Below, in pieces: positions 25,186-39,500 of a DNA stretch of 64,000 nt. The stretch is from Amoebophrya sp. A120. Its lineage: Eukaryota > Protista > Dinoflagellata. Location: contig CAJINV010000002.1 of NCBI GenBank assembly GCA_905178155.1, positions 1,795,216-1,859,215 on the forward strand. The letters are read 5' to 3'. Made by a program: the position numbers and the translations under genes. The notes under the pieces are model-generated. The model did no database searches. It had not been told where the DNA came from and worked only from the letters and a program-made list of their open reading frames with translations. How positions within the stretch are numbered: position 1 is the first letter of the stretch; each line of letters opens with the position of its first letter.

Positions 25186-27216
25186 GGTCGTCGATGGTAT
25201 CAGACTAAAGGATTTACGGAGTCAGATTTATTAATTTCTGGAATCGGGCTAGTGGAATCCGGCTAACAGGTGGAATCAGACTAGTGGAATCAGACTAGTG
25301 CTTCAACATCGCGTCCGTGTTCTGTCGTGCCCGCGCGTGCGCGGCCGGGTCTGGTGGTAGTTTGTTGCGCAATGTGCTGAGTCGTGTGGTTGTGGCCGCT
25401 CCTGATCTTACTAGCAACGGCAAGGCCAGCGGAGGTCTTTACACTGTGGTCTCCGACATGCTTGACTTTCGGCACCATCCACGGGTCAGTGTCTCTCCGC
25501 AGCCGCCGATGCCATTCGGTATGTCCAAGGGCGCCCCCACGCTTCCCAGCGACACTGACGCCAAGCCCGGGCAGATTGCCTGAGATATGTTTTTTTAGGG
25601 GATTCAGGTTGAAAACGGGAATGCGATGTATAGGTCTGGCACAGAATCTACGCAGCAGCTCCTTTCTGCCTCGCGCCACTTCTACCATATTCAGCAATAT
25701 TCGCCTAGAGGTATAGAACCGCGCGCGAAGTTGCAAATAAGTGCTCCGCGCGGCACTGCGCATATCGTCTCCTTTTCGCGGGCCTAGTCTTTTTGCCAAC
25801 TCGATGCACGAACAACCACAACTCCTCCAGAGGCTGCGTGCAAAACGCATGGATGCAAAGTCTTGGCGCGGCGCGCGCGCCCACCGAGGTACGACGAGAA
25901 AAGAAATAAAGATGAGGAAGGAAGCCACAGAGCGCTGCAGCCACTGACGGAACAAAAAAAAAGCGACATCACAACGAGTCCCCTCGCAACACTTACTCAC
26001 TGGCCCAACGCCGGGCTTTGCTAAGTAGAAAACGCAAAAACAGGGTCGATTTTTTAAAATTTGCCAACGTTCCCCCCCTATTTTTGGCGCAAAAATCAGA
26101 AAAGTAGCCCCCTTTTGTCTGAGTTCGAGAAATTGGCTCCAGATAACCGCGGCGCCTTCGCGTCTTTTCTTCTTGGCATGTTTCGCGTCGTTTTGTGCGC
26201 AGGAACCTGCGCGGCCACGGCCCGAGCCGTGCTTTTCTTTTCGTTTAGGCTTTCCTACGATCATCTCTGTGTGGGGGGGCAGCTAGTGAGGACGCGGGGT
26301 GATCTTCTAGCAGCCACGCTGTGCTCGCTAGACATAGCCGGCCAGCTACCTCGCCCATTCTACACAATGGGAGCGATGCCAGACCACAGTTGCGCCCCGC
26401 GCAAAAGGGATAGGGAGAAGTAGGGCGTCCTGCTTGGGAGGGTAGAAGAGAGGGCGGCAAGACTGAGAAGTAGGAAGGAGTAAAAGGCAAAGGAGAGAGC
26501 ATCAACAGCAGCAGCAATTCTGTTGCTTCGTTAAGGAAAACCATCGCGCACGAATGCAACATGAGATGGAAAGTAGAGCACGGCGCCCCTGCTTCCTCCG
26601 CGAGAGCGAAGCAGTCTGTCCAAAAAAAAACAAGCAACATGGTATCTGAAACAAAAAACAAGGCATCTGCATGGAGTACCTGCTAGGGCCCGTCCCCGTC
26701 ATCCATGGCACATGCGCGGTCTGCCAGTCGTGCCGTCGCGAGGATGAGGAAGCGGGTGAGCCGACAATGATCCGGAGCTTGTGAAAGAAGTTGACCCGGG
26801 CTGACCACCACGGATCGCCGAAAACAATCTCGATGCAAGATATACTATGAAAACCTTGCCCCCCCCGTCTAGATGTGGTCTGATGCGCAAACATACAGAG
26901 CATGCAAGTCAACGTCAAGTCCCGCCTGAAATAGAAGCGCGGCAGCGAGCACGCACTGCCCACAGATGAAGTGACGAGAAAGCGATGGGCCAAAACGATG
27001 CTTGCAGGAGGGCGTCAACGTGTCCAATGCATACGACAGAGAACGCAATGACCGATCACATTCATTCGACGACGGATGGGGGTGCAGATTCAGTGTATGA
27101 GTCTGATTCAAGTATCTTGATTCTATTCACTATTCTGATTCCACTAAACTGATTCTACATCTAGTCTGATTCCATTAGTCTGATTCCATCTGTTAAGTCT
27201 GATTCCCTCTCTTACC
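25186..27216. mobile_element. Non-autonomous Mutator/foldback-like element
   Basis: 9-bp TSD TTTAATTTC (25177-25185, 27217-27225); GGT...ACC ends; inverted subterminal arrays of TGGAATCAGACTA(G) at about 25190-25300 and 27100-27210. Confidence 0.75.
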
Positions 27217-27452
27217 TTTAATTTCTGTACAAAAGTTGTGTGTAGAAGCTGTAGTTGTATTGCACGAAATCGCGGCTATTTAGATTTACTGTTATTCAAA
27301 TATAAACATAGACATTGAAATTCTTCATGATCCAAACAGAGAGACAAGGTGAAAGATTCTTACTTTTCAATTTGTAAAACGCACAGTAGCCTTCACAGTG
27401 ATTGCAATTATTGTTCCGAGGGATATCAAGTGTTTTGTTCTCCTCCAGTATT

Positions 27453-30400
27453 TCAAACTGCACCGTAGTTGCCACGCGCCTCGTTCTGCCTTTTGGTTAC
27501 TTCTTCCCCATACGCGTCGATTTTCGCCTGGTCGATTATCACATGAGAATGTGTCTGAGTTTGGAGGAAAATTGTCCGCCCGCTACTTTCAATATATGAA
27601 TGCCAAACTGGTACTAACTCCAGTACGCAGAAGTCAAGCATGAGCAATTTTCAAACGAATCTGTCGTGCGTGGTGACTCGCATGGCATCATGTCATAGTC
27701 ATATGCAAATTATTCGCGTTTCTGCATGACAAAAAGGTACTGGAGGAATTCCATGCAAGTTCAACAGCAGGACAGGTGTTGCAATTTTCCAGACCCAGAT
27801 GACCTATTTTCTATGCATATTGATTTTTCCCGTACGGCTGTCGGTGTATTCTTTGGTGCACTTCTCGACCGCTTGCCGAAGTATTTGCAGCGCCTCGTCC
27901 TGGTTTTGCTCGTTCATGATGATGGCTTTGTACTGCGGGGTGCAGTATCAAGGGCAAATGTTTCTGGGTCGGGAAAAGTGCAACATTTGTGATGCACGTT
28001 TTGCATGACGCACGAGGTCTGTGATGCATGCCCTAGCGTCACAGATTTTGTGAGATCTTTTTCATGCCTTTTCCAGATGAGAAACTGCCTCTGGGCCTTC
28101 TCAAAAGTGAACAGCTTTATTGGTAATCATGCAACACAGATTTTTGTATGATTCAGATTTAGCATGACAAGTTGTACTCTTCCAGACCCAGACCTATTTG
28201 CAATGCATATGCAGCAGCAGGAAAAGCAACTCGGCACGAGAAACCGCGAATCGGAAATCGTTGATGCCGTCGAGGTATGCATTGCAAATATCCCTGGATG
28301 TCTGGAAGGTTGCAACTTGTCATGCTAAGTCTGCATCCTGTAAAAATCTGTGTTGCATGCTTACCAAAAAATGTCCACTTTTGACCTGGTTCAGAGGGAG
28401 TTTCTCATGCGGGACAGGCATGACAGAGATCTCACAGAATCTGTCATGCTAGTTTCTGCATTCCAGACCTCATGAGTCATGGAAAATCCGCATGACAAGT
28501 CGCGCATTCTTCCAGACCTAGACATTTTTGCATTTGATACGAGGCGGGAAGCTTCAACTCCACCCCCTCGCACCCGTGGTAGTATCATTTGTAAAAATGT
28601 CCCCACCCCAGAGTTGTGATGCAGATTTGCAATGACAGGAACATGTGTAGTGCGCATCTCCATGAGAGGCGTTTCTATTCGTGTTTTGGCATTTTTAATG
28701 CTGTAACCAGAATAAGCAGATGGATTTGTGATGCGTTTGTCCTTCTCCTTGCTAACCTGCACTACACTGCGAGCAGCAACTTGTGATGCGTGAGTCCCAA
28801 AACTTCTATGTTTGTGTTGCAAAATCGCCATCTTGATTAGGGGGTGGGGACGTTTTTACACAGGATAGGTAGGAATCTTTGTCCATCGGCACAACAGCTT
28901 CTACCTTTGTTTTTTCATACGAGAATAGTAAATTGGATTTGGAAAGCATACTAGTAATAAGTAGAAGAAAAGAGGCGTTGATCAACATGTAGCTCCTGAG
29001 TCATGAATATTGGATTTCAACGATCCAAAAAGGATTAGTAGGAAGTAGATATTCTCTCGTCCTCCACAACATTTGTGTACCTTGAAGAGCCAGTCGTTTC
29101 CGATTTCCAGGTACGTCGTTGCGTCAAAGTAGCCCATGTATCAACTGTAAAAATGTCTGGGTCTGGAAGAATCCAACTTGTCATGCTGATTTTGGATTCT
29201 AAAAAAATCTGTATTGCATGAGCAGCAAAGAGAGTCCAAGTTTTGCTACACGGAAAGAGCATTTGTCATGCGGTATAGGCATCAGAGGGCCCTCACGCAA
29301 TCTGTGATGCTAGGGCATGCATCACAGACATCAGGAGTCATGCAAAATGTGCATGACAAACCTGGCAATCTTCCAGACCCAGACATTTTTACATTTGATA
29401 CCATGCCTTGGGAAAAGCCAGCGTAGAAGAAGTTACGCTCGCCGAGCGCGTAGATTTCGCTCTCCAGCTGATGTTTCCCGACGCGCGGCATGTAGAAAAA
29501 CCAGAGCAGGTTAAAGAGTAGGAGCGGGACGCAGACTTTGACAAACTGGCACCATTTGTTGTCAAACCATGGGTCACCTGTGCTCAAAGGTGCTTCGTCA
29601 CTCTCCATCGCCGTGTAGATCGCCAGAAAAAGGGATATTCTGTGGAAAAAAATAGCACACGGTCGTCGCACAGGATTCTGACTGAGAAACCAAGAGCTAC
29701 TAGCGGCCAGAGAAGCGAGTATCATCATTTCAGCCCGACATCATCATGATGAGAGGCCTTGTTTTTGATGCCTTGTTGAGAAACTAGATGTAGAAATTGA
29801 AGCACAAGAGTAAGCAGTTCGCATTCATAATATAGATTGAATCTTAATCCCTGTACCGCAGAACCACCTGTGCGACGTGTACGACAATTCTACCTGCTGT
29901 GCAGGAGAAGCACGGAGTACTTGCATACTCAAAAGGAAAACAGAAAGGACCGCGATTACTGTTGCCACGTAGTTGTATGACAGTGCAAAACTCCCCCTCG
30001 CTCCCCCTCATTTGTCATGCAAAACACCAAATCCAGGCCGTGTCTCTTGATACTGTTTTCATGACAAATCAAGGATACCCAGACAGTACGACACTCCTGT
30101 GCAAATTTGTCTATGAAAAACCGACACTCTTGCTGATGCTTGTATTTTTGCCGCTGATGCGTATAGCTATAGATACAAATGAGGTGGAGGGGGAGTTGTG
30201 CACCCTCACACGTAGATAAACCATCTGACACGCTTGTTTTTGTTCGCTTCGGACACGCGCCAGACGGCGATAATCTTTTCGCCCACCTTCATCTGCTCGA
30301 TCCAATGCTCCACCATTTCATCGCGAGTAAAAACATCTTCACGACCCTGGACTTATCTATCATGCGAATCCGCATGCGGCAAATGTGAATATTTCTCATG

Positions 30401-30712
30401 CGCAAGAACCCCATGATGAGGAGCATTTTTCATGCTGCCTTGAGCTTTTTCATGCTCTCATCAGGATAAAGAGCTAGATTTGCGATGTGATTTCACCAGC
30501 CAACGAGGACTACACTTCTTAGACTTAGAGACCCAATGATCTTGTCATGCGCAACGGCTGGAATTTGCTGATTCGTGTTATGCAAGATCGCCGTCTTGAC
30601 TCTGGGGTGCGTGGGGACGTTCTAATACAGGATACAATTTCTGGTCGTGTTCCGTGGCCGGGGGGAACAGCCGGCACGACGGATTTTTTATTTCCGCAGA
30701 CGCAACGTCCAT
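27453..30712 (-). CDS. Membrane protein, paralog of the genes at 47600-62469 (IxAVWRV / YALG..NFF family), 7 introners plus canonical introns
   Basis: MDVASAEIKNPSCRLFPP..DQK|VEHWIEQMKVGEKIIAVWRVSE...ESEIYALGERNFFY...GCEGVELKLP...EARGNYGAV*. Exon structure between 29640 and 29900 is unresolved. Confidence 0.7.
27537..27819. mobile_element. Introner family A (diverged)
   Basis: TSD TCGAT/TTGAT. Confidence 0.75.
27946..28209. mobile_element. Introner family A
   Basis: TSD TGCAG. Confidence 0.85.
28276..28539. mobile_element. Introner family A
   Basis: TSD CGAGG. Confidence 0.85.
28583..28867. mobile_element. Introner family B
   Basis: TSD GGTAG. Confidence 0.85.
29139..29400. mobile_element. 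Introner family A
   Basis: TSD CCATG; close sister of 7186-7454. Confidence 0.9.
29976..30210. mobile_element. Introner family D
   Basis: TSD CGTAG, with 3 extra nt between the left TSD and the TIR. Confidence 0.75.
30319..30634. mobile_element. Introner family B (diverged)
   Basis: TSD CATTT/CAATT. Confidence 0.7.
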
Positions 30713-31736
30713 TTTGTCACTACGTCGGAGGACCTTGGTCGTGCACAAGGACGACAGGGAGGTGCGAATAGTGGCGAAGGTCTTGATGTTTTCAAAACTA
30801 AACGCAAACAAGAGTCGAAGGTATAATCGAGATCAGGAGCGGTGTGCTGCTGCTCGCGGCGAGGACAGCGACAGGAAACTACTAGGTGTAGCTCAAAAAT
30901 AAAGCGAGAAGTCTACTTTCTTGAACTTTGCCCATGAGAGGCCAGTTTCATTTAGTACGATTTTTCATCTATGTCTACCTTGGGAAACACGATATGTTCC
31001 TATTTCATGACGAGGCGAAGATGTAGTTACAGTCGCGTTTTATTTGACGACCACCGGAAAGTTTATTCAGAGGTCTGTCACGATCAAAACAAGCACGGCC
31101 CAACTGCAGAACGAGCCAGCTACGCAAACGAGTCAAGTAGATCTTGTTTCCCGGAACAGTTGATACGATGAGACAGTACAGGTGAACTGCGTGTCTAGCT
31201 CTTTCTTCTAGCACCGATCGGGCAAGTGAATTCGTAGTCGCGAAATAAAGCGATGAAGAAATACGCGATGACGATTTATGACGACGACCCTGACGAGTTG
31301 GAGAAGATTCAAATTTTCGCCGCAAAAGTTCAGTTGCGTATAATTCACAAACACGACTAAAATGCTCTGCACGCCGAGACAGAACAAAATGAAAACCTTG
31401 AACTAGTCAAAGGCACTTGATTATTGCTGCCGATGTGTCGTGAGCAGGAAAAAGCGGCACCGGTATCAGTGTCCTTGCTAAATCAATGTTACTTGCCTGG
31501 TCGTTGCTGCAGAATGCAAGGACAAAGTGATCAACAAAACGCTCCTGTCACCACGGTATTAGCTGCTACTGAGCAACTAACACCCGACTTTCTTGACTTG
31601 TAGTTTCTTGATGCTTTCCAAAATGTCTGTGAAAAATTCTACTGTTTTAATATTCGAATTCGAGCACAGCCACAGTGTCTTCACCGGCACCACCCACGTC
31701 TTATCCTTAACACGTTCACCTCTCGTCGTGTATTCT

Positions 31737-32457
31737 TCACGCCACAACACCCATCTGTTGCTGCATCTCCGGGGGATCGACCATGCCCGTCAGCGGGTTC
31801 GTGCCCACAGGTATGAGAATTTACAAAACCACCACTTGTTTGCAGTCGCTATCCAATGCGTGTTTTTGCATGACAAAGAACGGCGCTTCATCATGCAGAA
31901 ACGAGCATGACAAGCATGCGTATGCGACCGAGGTTGTAGTAAATTCTCAATTCCATATACGGTCGGCGGAAGAGCAAGATGTGGGGTTCCGGGCGGTGAC
32001 ACTCGTAGTGCATCCACCCCCGGCTCTGCTGCACGCCAAGCCCTATCAAATGTAAAAATGTCTGGGTCTGGAAGAATGCAACTTGTGATGCTGCATTTGG
32101 ATTCCAAAAAAATCTGTATTGCATGAGTACCAAAGGGAATGCAATTTTTGCTACGCTGAGAAGGCATTTGTCATGCGGAATAGGCATCACGAATCCTCCA
32201 AAAGATCTGTATTGCTAGGGTATGCATCACAGACATCATGGCTCATGCAAAACGTGCATGACAAACCTCGCACTCTTCCAGACCCAGACATTTTTACATT
32301 TCATAAGCCCGCGCCACTGGTCTTCGGACAGCAGGGAACGGCCGTAGGACGCGTACATTTTCTTCGCGATGGTCTTCGGCAAAATCACGTGCCGGTACTC
32401 GTAGGTATCGTCCTGGTACTTCTCGCTATACTCGATTTCGTCTGGGTAGTGCGGCAT
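31737..32457 (-). CDS. CKS1: Cyclin-dependent kinase regulatory subunit (Cks1/Suc1), 2 introner introns
   Basis: [21 protein letters not shown]...LLSEDQWRG|[27 protein letters not shown]|VGTNP. Confidence 0.95.
31812..31957. mobile_element. Introner, singleton TIR type (TATGAGAATTTAC)
   Basis: Imperfect TIR and degenerate TSD; interrupts the CKS1 RRP|VG junction. Confidence 0.65.
32044..32305. mobile_element. Introner family A
   Basis: TSD AGCCC. Confidence 0.9.
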
Positions 32458-33502
32458 TTTTTGAACTGCTCTTCGGGTTTATTGTGTATAATTCGACACC
32501 TTTAGTAGAAAGCCAAAATCAAGATTCTCGTCCCACGGTTAGGGGCCTTGTGTTTCTTTTTTCCTAGGTGTTGACAAAGTTGTTTGATGTATGAGCAGCG
32601 GCTGACCGTGAACGGAAAAATCGGTTTGTCCTGCCAGCAGTAGTGTTTGCTATAGTTTTTGAATGCTTGTAAGACGTAGTTACCTCAGAAGATTGCGTCA
32701 TCTCTTCTGCGCAATTGAAACTCAAGCCAGCCAAGCAACCTCGGCCACCAGCTATACAAGGGCCGCTCGAAGATTTGGCATGCTAGATCGTCGGTCCTGC
32801 TCTTGGCTCGCTCCTGCACCCCTTGTTTCGGGCCATTTGCGCCGGCGCTTTCTGGTATTTTTTCATGTGTAGTGATAGGCCTGGGCGTGCACTAGCTGTA
32901 CACGGCTCACACGACACTCTGGCAGGGGATAAAAGCTGCTAGCACGACATGGCCGAAACAACACAGTCCACCTCCGGCTTTATTTAAATTGGAAACTGTT
33001 GAACACCACTGAAGCTGTCGATGCCTTCTCTTCGCAGAAACTCCGGCGCTTGCTTCCACAGCTGGTGAGCAGGTGCCGTTTTGAAGCTAGTAGAGCTAAA
33101 TCTCAATCCTTTTTGTCTAGGCAGGCGTACTGCTCAAAGAACTTCTTTTCGCACGGTCTTGATCGAACGTCTTTTACCACCAAATTTCTCTTGCAAGAAA
33201 CGCTTCCCGCGCACCAATCTTTGTGCACACCGCGCGGAGTTTTACTCAGCGCCGCTGTGATCTGTTTACAGTAATCATGTTTATTTGGTCTCCCCTTTCT
33301 TTCTCTTTGATGTGTCTTCTTTACGAAAAAATAGTGTGTAGCTGATGTGGCTAACGAGGTCGATGTCAAAAGTGAAATCTAAGTATTCATAAAAGTGCAA
33401 AATGCAGGTATTTACTTTTTCTCTGTTTCTCAAAAACAACTGCAAGATGAAAGTGGTAGTGAGAGAAAGTCCGCACAACTTCTCTGCTCCTCTTCCCATC
33501 TA

Positions 33503-36500
33503 CTACCCCCTCTGCACCAGTCCCCTGGCCTTTGGAAAGCTGGCGCTCGAATATGAGAGTGCACAACTCCCCCTCTTCCTCATTTGTATATGCAAAACAG
33601 CTGTGCTAAATCAAGTTCCTGCGCTGTCGCTGTGGCAAGAATGTAGTTTTCATGACAAATTGAAATTTCGAAGCCCTAACATTAGGCTGACGATTTTGTC
33701 ATCGAGTTGCTTCCCCTTAGTACTTTTCATGCCCGCTAAAAAATGAGCGGGAACAAGAGTTCTTCTTGTGCACTCTCATATCGAGTCCGTGCTTCCTCTC
33801 CTACTCCTGGAACTTTTACTTTCCCTTTCCAAATCCTGCTGGCCCATAAACTCTATCAAATGCAAAAGTGTCTGGGTCTGGAAGATTTTGAGACTTGTCA
33901 TGCTTGTCTGGCATCACCAAAAAGTTTGCGATGCGTGTCCAAGAAGAGACCCTTTCGCCTGTCATGCAAAAACGCAGTTTGTAATGCGAAAAACGCAACA
34001 CAAAGAAGCGCAGATATTTCTCATGCGTGGCTGTGCATTACAGAGCATTCACTAGCCCCAGCGCAGCATTACAAGTTTCCAGACCCAAACATTTTTGCAG
34101 TTGATAAACTCGCCGCCACCGCCAAACCCGCCAAATCCGTCCACGGGCGTGTTTATCCTGTGCATAAGTATCGTACTCGTATAAATGCAAGTCTTGCATT
34201 ACAAATCCTTTCCTTAAGGCAAATCCGCATTACAAATTTCATTTCTCATGTTGTGGAAATTTGTAATGCATTTATACGAGTATGTAGGAGTACGATACTT
34301 TTGCAATTCATAGTGTTGCCCCCGCCGCCCCCAGCGGTTGTGGACATGGTTGCGTTGCCGTTTGTATGAACTGCAACAGTATCGTACTCGTATAAATGCA
34401 TTACAAATCTCCTCAGCATGAGCAATAAAATTTGTAATGCGGATTTACCTCAAGAAAAAGATTTGTAATGCATGACTGCAATACGAGTACGATACTTTTG
34501 CACAGGATAGTTTGCCCCGGAAAACCCGCCGCTCGCGGCAGTACTGCCCATCACGCCCGCGTATCAAATGCAGATATGTCTGGGTCTGGAAGATTCCGAG
34601 ACTTGTCATGCACGTTTTGGATGAGCCATCATGTCTGTGATGCACCATGCCTTAGCATGAGAGAACTTTTGAGGGCTGCTTGATGCCTATTCCGCATGAC
34701 AAATGCCCTCTCCCTCTCCGCGTAGAAAGAATTACAATCCCCTTGCTGCTCATACAATACAGATTTCTTTGGAATCCAAATGCAGCATCACAAGTTCCGC
34801 TCTCCCAGACCCAGACATATTTGCATTTGATACCGCGCCCCGCCCCTTCCGACTGGCGGTATTCGGTCGGGCGGACTGCGATTTCGACTTGCGCGCGGAC
34901 ACGAGATTTGTCTGCTTTACGGACGCGGTGGAAATCATTTTGTTTGATCGTAGCATCCCCTCCCGACTGTCGTACACGAAGTACACGTTTTGCCGCATGC
35001 AGGCCCGGTCGTACCGGGTTTGCTCCCCACTGCCACTCCCGGGTGGATTTGACCCTCCTGCTCCACTTCCAAACCCGCCGGCCCCCTGCGCCGCTCCGGG
35101 CGCGAGCAGGTTGTTGCCCGCTAAATGGATCTTTTCGATGGTCTATGAATTGCAAAAGTATCGTACTCGTAGAAATGCATTTCTCAGCATGAGAAATTGC
35201 ATTTGCAATGCGGATTTACCTTTAATGCATGACTGCAATTACAACTACCAATAATAGCCGGGTCCGCGGAGGTAGTGAGGTCATGGCGGTCTTTTTGTGT
35301 TCACGCCAAAAAAGGACGCAACTTCTCTGCCCACCATGCCATCGTGAGCAATGTTATGCACGACGGCACGGCGGTCGCTAAAAATCTCGATCCAGAGGCG
35401 GCCTCCATTTGGTTTCGAATCGAAAAACCTTCCCCGCATGCTATGGCCCCGCCAGGGCCCGCGCAAGGGTCGGCCCCTTGGGAGCCCCAAAGCGGGCCCA
35501 TAGCATGCGGATTGGCTTTTTGCTTTTGGCGGACTTTGTTTCTTTTGTTTTTTTTTTGTCAAAATGACGCATCTTCTGGCCTTCAGCCCGCCTCTGAAAT
35601 GGCGGATTTTGAAGGCGTCTTTTGCGGGGCCCGAATGTGGGGCAAAATGAGGCCCATATCATGCGGATTCGCTGCTTTTTTCGGAGTGCTGCTTTTTGGG
35701 CGCCCATTTTTCGGCGCCGCAAATCGCCAGAAACTAAGGCGGTGGGCGCCTCAGAAGGGCGCCCCTTTTGCCGGCTCCCCTGCGACGTTTTATCAAGCGG
35801 GAATCGATAGAATCCGCTCGGGCTTTTTTGCCGCAAACGCCCCGGCCGCTTGATAATTGGAAATTTTTTATGTCAAAAAAGCCTTCCGGCCGCTTGAAAA
35901 CTGCCGGTCGTTTTGCATGAGACATGTCAAAAAGATCGCTAGATTAGAACGTTCGTGACCTCACTACATACGAGTACCATAGTTTTGCGCAGGATATGGT
36001 CCAAATTCCCTCTTCCTCGTTCCAGTGACTGTATTTCTCCACCAGGGACTTCATGTTGTTCGGAACAAATTCATCCATCAACAACGTTTTCAGCTTCACT
36101 TCCTTCGCGGCTGCCCTTATCGTCTCCAGCAAATCTTCGCGCTCTAGTTGGAACTCGTGCTGCAAATCCTTAATTTCCTGCTGCGCGAGCTGGTACCGCT
36201 CCCACAGCTTTTCCAGTTTCGTTGTGAGTTTCTGCACCTGCTCCTCCACGGAATTCGATTTTTATCGAAGGAGAGAAGTGTCTCAGTTACACATTTGCTC
36301 CTGGACAAGCAGCAACACAAACGTGTTCTGCATGAGCGAGGAAACTTGCCATGCAGAGAAAATAGGGAAAAAGACTAATAAAACGAAACTCCTGAGCATA
36401 TCCGGCATGACAGACCTTGTCTGTCTTGCTTGGTCTGCAAGAACACAAAGTGTAACTGTGACTGTATACGCTTTTTTCTTTCCATAATTTTTCCTGCAGC

Positions 36501-39500
36501 ATCAGTTTCTCGTCGATGTTTTTTTCTGCGAGCTTCGCCAATTTCTTCTCGTTTCTCTTCATTTCCGCCACCGCGCGCTGGGCTTTCTGCAGTTCCAGTT
36601 CCTGCTGCGCGGCCTTTTCCATGACGGACGAGCCGGCGAGAATTTTCTCTTCCATTTGCTTTACCTTCTGTATCATCTCCGCCTGCTGTGTGGAGAGAAA
36701 AAAAAATTTTGCCGTACACGAATTCATTAGTTGCATTCTACTTCTGCATGATAAAGTTCTTGCTTCTTTTCTCAATTTAGCAATACAAATCTTATCTCTC
36801 TTGCTTCTAAGTTAGCAAAGCGATCTGTTCTACTTCTACGTGTACGGATAAATTTTCGTTTTGTTCCATATGCTGCTTCCGCTGGTCCTCCGCCAACTTT
36901 TCCTTCTCCATCAGTTCTTTCAGCAACTGCTCTTTCTCCGCTTCGGTTTGCCCCTTTTCCTGCTCGATCCGTAGCCTTTCCTGCTCTAACTCTTGCTCCA
37001 TCTGCAGCTTCTCCTCCAGCATCTTCTCCTCCAGCATATCAAATGTAAAAATGTCTGGGTCTGGCTCTGGAAGAGTCATGCTGTTTTTGCATGACACAGA
37101 AGGGGTGGCATGGAAGCTCTAGCATCACAGGTTTCGTGAAGCTTCCGCAATGCCGAATCCGCATGACAAGTCCGCCACTTTGGTGGCAGAAAGTGGGCAG
37201 CTTTTGCTCCCTATGCATGAGAGATTTTTCTGTGTTCTGAAATACGCATCACAAGTTCGGAATCTTCCAGACCCAGACATTTTTACATTTGATACAGCAT
37301 CTTCGCGTCCGATTGACTCGCCCATGAGAGTGCACAACCCCCCCTCACCCTCATTTGCATGTTGGCATGAACAGCAATACAAACGCCAATACAGGTGGAT
37401 GCTGCGCATGACAAGTTCGTGCGCTGAGAAGTGTAGTAATGTTTGGGGTTCCACCGGAAAAATTTGTGATGCAAACAGCGCCACAAGGCCGTAACTGTAT
37501 TTGGGATATTATTGCAATACAAATGTTGAGGGGAAGGGGGAGCTGTGCACTCCCATACCGCCCCGCCCATGTCCTTCTCCACTTCCACCACTTTTTCTAT
37601 TATCTTCTCCGTAATCACCTTCTCCTCCCCGGTCTCCGGATCGATGACGACTTGGTGTCTATTCTGTGCAAAAGTATCGCGCTCGTATTGCAATCATGCA
37701 TCACAAATCTTTTTCTTGGGGCAAATCCGCATTACAAATTCTATTTCTCATGCTGAGGAAATTTGTAATGCATTGACACGAGTACTATGCTTTTGCACTG
37801 CATAGTGTCCTGCCTGCTGTAATTCCACCTGCCGGCGTAACCGGGCAATCTCCTCTATGGGATTCTCAAATCAGTTACACTCTCAACTGTGTACATGGAT
37901 TTGCAATGCAAGAATGGCAAAAGTGAAAGGGGATACATTGCGCCTTTTGCATTACAGGTTTGGCGCAGGAGATTCTGATGCTATCTAGCGCATCGAGAAT
38001 TTGTCATGCGAAGCAGCTTGATCATGTAGATATCGAAGGCAAGTTTGCATGGCAAATTCATGTAACAGTTGAGAATGTAACGCTTGAGAACCCCATATCC
38101 TCCTGAAACTCGCGGAGCATGGCGTCCTTGGGGTCCTCGTTGATTTTCGGTTTGTTCTGAATCGATTTCGCCCGGTGCGCGTAGCGGAGAGTGGAAATCG
38201 TTTCGTCATAGTTGTAATCCACAGGGCCGACATTTGCTACCATGACGGTTCTGATAGGAATTTTGAAATTGATTTCATGATCTCATGCGCATTTGTTACG
38301 CATAGTACTACATTTTCTCTTGAAGCAGTGCAGCGTCCTCTCAATACCGCTTTTCAAGCATGACACAAAACACACGGAGTGAGGGTGTAACAAAGCAATA
38401 CTTCGTATTCCCTCCCAGCGAGTCTTGTAACAACCGGGTCAGCTTCGAGTCCCTGTACGGCACAAAACTCGTTTTCGCGTCCACCAACGCGGAAATCACG
38501 TTTCCCAAGGCGGATAGCGACAAGTTGATTTTCGTGGCTTCCTTCAAAGTGTCCCCCGTCGCGCCGTATCAAATGTAAAAATGTCTGGGTCTGGAAGAGT
38601 GCGCGATTTGTCATGCTGCTTTTCCATGACCCACGAGGTCTGGAATGCAGGACCTAGCATGACAGATTCTGCGAGACCTTTCTAATGCCTATCCTGCATG
38701 AGAAACTACCTCCCGACTTGGTCAAAACTGGACGACTTTTGGTAATCATGCAACACAGATTTTTGCATGCTGCAGATTTAGCATGACAAGTTGTAATCTT
38801 CCAGACCCAGACATTTTTACAGTTGATACGCCGGTTTTCGACTGCCTTTCCGAACCGGCGAGATATCCCGAGGAAAAACGTCCCCACCCCAGAGTTGTCA
38901 TGCAGATTAGCAAGCAGAGGGGCATTTGTGATGCGCATCTCCAAGGAAGGCACTTCCAGTCGTGTTTTGAAACTTGTAATGCTGTAAACAGGATGACGAG
39001 ACGGATTTGCAATGCGAATTCCCTTGCTAAGCTGCACTACACTACAGGCTGCAACTTGTCATGCGTGACTCGCAAAAGTTCTCGGTTTGTGTTGCAAAAT
39101 CCCCATCTTGACTCTGGGGTGGGGACGTCTTTACACAGGATACGAGATCCACCATGTTTAGTTTCCCAACTCTGATGTGCCCGTTCGTGCTGCACTCGAT
39201 GGTAATCGTAAAAATAGAATGCGAATCCACTGCAAATATGGTGTCTTGGTTTGCAGCTGGAAATAAAACTACTGGTGACTCTACTCGCATGGTGAAGAAT
39301 CTTTGGGGGGGAATGAGTGCAGGAAAAATTTTCGATTTTGAGACATGCCTGTTGTGACCTTTTCATTATGCCGCGTGACAAAAATGCATAATTGCAGATT
39401 CCTTTCCTTTGCCATACGATTCCTGCATCGCAAATCGAGACCTTATATTTGCCACGCATAATGTGATCGGGAGGAGGTTTCGTTCATCTTCGTTTGTTAT

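Noticed and set aside
25290-26264. 324-aa ORF as a transposase
   Set aside because: No DDE or zinc-finger motif recognised.
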